Both the position numbers and the translations under genes were made by a program. 64,000 nucleotides of DNA, taken from an uncultured Chloroflexia bacterium. GTDB lineage: Bacteria; Chloroflexota; UBA6077; JACCZL01. The DNA is taken from NCBI GenBank assembly GCA_963765765.1, contig CAVXYC010000020.1:1-64000 (forward strand), read 5' to 3'. Under the pieces are notes generated by a model. That model was given only the letters and a program-made list of their open reading frames with translations, was not told the origin of the DNA and ran no database searches. Within the stretch, counting starts at the first letter, position 1. Every line of letters begins with the position of its first letter. This document shows, one piece after another, positions 61,301 through 64,000 of the stretch.

Positions 61301-61543
61301 CTATGCCTGGGTCGGACCACCTGGCTCGGGCCGCGGACTGTCATATTCGACCTCATAAGCGTCCGGATAATGCTCTACACTCCGCACCAATTCAGTGAGC
61401 GCGGTCGTTGCGAGCTCCATCTGCTCGAGTACCCGAATGGAAATGGGCGAAAGCTCGGGCATTTCCCGAAGGAACTGAAGCCCGACCCGAATGGCCGTGA
61501 CGTGTCCAAGGACTCTGTGGGTGATGTCGGCATTCAAAGGCAC
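61301..61543 (-). CDS. small hypothetical protein, weakly HisKA (DHp)-like
   Basis: ADITHRVLGHVTAIRVGLQFL..VLEQMELATTALTELVRSV two-helix pattern; GAGG upstream. Confidence 0.4.
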   Translation of the reverse strand: MPLNADITHRVLGHVTAIRVGLQFLREMPELSPISIRVLEQMELATTALTELVRSVEHYPDAYEVEYDSPRPEPGGPTQA

Positions 61544-61781
61544 GCTGCATAACCTCGGCCGCCCGTGGTCTTACACCCCAATTCGGGCAAGTAGGGCGTT
61601 GAGTGAACAGGGTGCAGCAATCATGCCGCAGGTGTACAGGATGATGCGGCGCCATGCCGCTTGTGTGGCTTCAGTAGCTCCCACGGGACGCTGGGCATCT
61701 CTTGATCGCTTACCCGCTTCTCGGACCCGCCGTGCGCTTGTCACGATCAGGGCGAGCGGTCATGCAGCGTGCCCACCCGAC

Positions 61782-62407
61782 TCACGGCATAACGGGTGCC
61801 GCGAGCCGGGTGGGCGTCACGCCGCTGAGGATAAGCTCCACCGCGACGGCGGCGATCCGGAAGCCGAACAACTTCTCGGTGACCAGCATGCGCTCTTCGT
61901 TGAGCGTGGGGCCCAGCCGATTGGCCCAGTGGAAGACCGCCCAGTCGAGGGCGAGAACGGCCCCGAGGCTAACGATCGCCCCCGCCAGGTCTCTCAGCGT
62001 CTGGGCCTCGGCTTATAGCGTCACCAGCCCGACGAAGCCGACCGGATTGAGCAGCTACGGTACGGCCAGTGGGACCTGCGCGAGCTGCATTGGGTCCTTT
62101 CATCGACGAGCATTCGGATGGACTCGGCATCCTCGAGCACCATGCGAATCGGAAGGACAAGCAGGATGACGCCACCCACGATAGACGGCGCCGCCACCGT
62201 AAAGTGGAATATGATGCGCAACAGCTCGCCCAGCAGGATCAGTGTGAGAGCCGCCGTAGCCGCCGTTGTGAGCATCTTCCACTGCACCCGTCTCCTGGTT
62301 GCCGCGTCGAGTGAAGCCGTGAGTTGCAGAAGCCGGACAAGCGCGATCTTTGGCCCGATACCGATGAGAAGGACGAGAAAGGTTTCGAGAAATCTGGTGC
62401 GGGCCAC
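61782..62407 (-). CDS. MarC family membrane protein (multiple frameshifts; possibly a pseudogene)
   Basis: LLIGIGPK, LGELLRIIFHF, IVGGVILL, PLAVP, IAAVAVELILSG. Confidence 0.7.
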
Positions 62408-62524
62408 GACATCGATTCCATTCGCTACAGGTCAGGAGAGTCGTGAACTGAGCGTCTCGAGCGGCTGACGCCGACTGTCGAGTGTCGGGGGCACCTCGCG
62501 GTATTGATCAGTTCCGGTCCGAGA

Positions 62525-62980
62525 TCACAGATCCAGGATCACGTGCTTCCCGTAGTGATGCATTTCCCACGCGCCATGTTCGGCCAATACCGCTCGAACA
62601 CGGTCGACGTGGTCTTGATTTGGGGCGTGGACGGCAATGATGACGTGCATCTGGTCCGCTTCCTCCACGTATCGCGTAACCAGGAGGCTTTCGTCGGTTT
62701 CCAACATATGCGTGAGGCGCGCGATCCTGCCACGGCGCTGTACGGTGGAGCGCGCGGCCTGGGCGAACCAGGCTCCGTCCGCCAGGTCCACGTCGCCGTC
62801 CGACACGCCAGCGTCCCTCAGTGCCTGAATGGCGCGCTCGGCGGTGGACCGGTCGTCGATTACGGCCACGATGTCCTCCAGTGGGTAGAACCGGTCCATC
62901 ATGGTCGGAACTGATTGCCAGGCCCGCGAGGGGTCCTCGTCGACGGGCCATCGATGCTCCGCGTGGGAGTGCTCGGTCAT
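62525..62980 (-). CDS. hypothetical protein
   Basis: GGAGG RBS; FYPLEDIVAVIDD..AERAIQALRDAG..VRAVLAEHGA. Confidence 0.7.
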   Translation of the reverse strand: MTEHSHAEHRWPVDEDPSRAWQSVPTMMDRFYPLEDIVAVIDDRSTAERAIQALRDAGVSDGDVDLADGAWFAQAARSTVQRRGRIARLTHMLETDESLLVTRYVEEADQMHVIIAVHAPNQDHVDRVRAVLAEHGAWEMHHYGKHVILDL

Positions 62981-63314
62981 GGCGTACCTCCTGGCGACGG
63001 GCGTCCGCGCCCGGCGGACGGCGTCACCGCCCGCGGCAGCGGATCTCCCTATCACCAACCAGCATAGGCAAGGTGCCGTCGGCAGCAGAGGCCGGTTGAC
63101 ACTACGCGGGGCGGACACTCGGCACGGTTCTACGGTGCCGCGCCGCTGAGCAAGCTGCCTCGGCGCGGGCTACTTGCGCTCTCGCGAAAGACGATCTACT
63201 CATAATCGAGCAGATTCGGGAGCCATGGAATTGAGATCTCCGAGCTGCCCAGAGCAAGTGTGACCACAATGAGATTCGGCGCTGCTGTTTCTTCCGTGGC
63301 AAGTCGATCTACCC

Positions 63315-63653
63315 TTGTTCATGCTTCTGTTTCCCTCCATGTCGGCCGCGAACCGCGATCGCAAATGGCGGATGGTGCTTCATGCGGCGGTACTGGGATC
63401 CATCGCTCTGCTCTCTCTGGTGCACCTGTCGCACGCTCAAACCAAGGGCAATGACTCGGCCACATTTGTGAACGTTGTTGGCGCAGCCACCCTCGATGTC
63501 GAGACGTTCGACGGTCAACTGGAGCGAGTCCGGTTGACAGGGATCGGCGGTCCAAGCATGGCCGACGTCGGTCGGAGTCAGGTCCGCTTTGCCGAATATC
63601 GTCCCAGCGATGTTTTGCGGACACCAGAAGAAAGTATGGCAATGTGGGGCTGA
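63315..63653 (+). pseudogene. Thermonuclease (SNase)-like N-terminal fragment with a signal peptide
   Basis: HAQ signal end, then NVVGAATLDV..ERVRLTGIGGP, a degenerate form of VIDGDT..VRLIGIDAPE; the rest is absent. Confidence 0.4.
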
Positions 63654-63823
63654 TCTGGTTGTCGATTCGGATAGCTCCAGATCGAGTGCCGCGAGAGATC
63701 GACTGACGCGCCGCTTGCTCTCTTTGCGGCTAACAATCGCTGTAGCGGTCACCACGTACCTTCGCACTGATCTCTAATTGCCGGTAGCATTGACCGAGAA
63801 TTTCGCCAGTCGGAGACGCCGTA

Positions 63824-64000
63824 GTGAGCGCAAGTGCCTTATTCGACCTCAGCGGGAAGACCGCCATTGTGACTGGAGGAGCGTCAGGCATCGGTCAGGC
63901 GGTTGCTCTGGGATTGGCCGTAAGTGGCGCCAATGTCGTCATAGCCGATCTCAACAAGGCCAATGCCGAAGCAATGGTGCCTCGTATTGTGGGGCTCGGA
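63824..64000 (+). CDS. SDR family oxidoreductase (runs off the window)
   Basis: LFDLSGKTAIVTGGASGIGQAVALGLA..GANVVIADL; GGAG RBS. Confidence 0.88.
   Translation, partial: MSASALFDLSGKTAIVTGGASGIGQAVALGLAVSGANVVIADLNKANAEAMVPRIVGLG

Overview
GC-rich bacterial window. The gene content (LLM oxidoreductases, SBP-fold paralogs, Qng1, GH/LysM proteins) points to a Chloroflexota genome; this is inference. Many genes carry single-base indels that look like long-read assembly errors, densest in bases 1-14300, so I rebuilt gene models by joining frames by eye. Layout: (i) 1-9693, a tandem array of at least three large paralogs. The two complete copies have the architecture Ser/Thr kinase - STAND NTPase - variable TPR region - class III nucleotide cyclase, and both kinases show a WNK-like relocation of the catalytic lysine. 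(ii) about 11.4-14.7 kb, a small integrase/excisionase module abutting the 3' end of tRNA-Arg(CCT), followed by tRNA-Leu(CAG). (iii) 15-49 kb, mostly core and metabolic genes: suhB, nfo, aldolase, qng1 plus tgt queuine salvage, two cNMP-domain fusion proteins, cell-wall genes, a DUF350-type operon and LLMs. Several REP-like palindrome families are interspersed. (iv) 49.2-52.4 kb, two tandem, truncated, catalytically eroded HsdR-like genes with no hsdM or hsdS, each preceded by the same palindrome family. (v) 53-64 kb, catabolic and regulatory genes and remnants. The best candidates for an undescribed system are the kinase-STAND-cyclase array and the dead-HsdR pair. No CRISPR array, rRNA or reverse transcriptase was seen.
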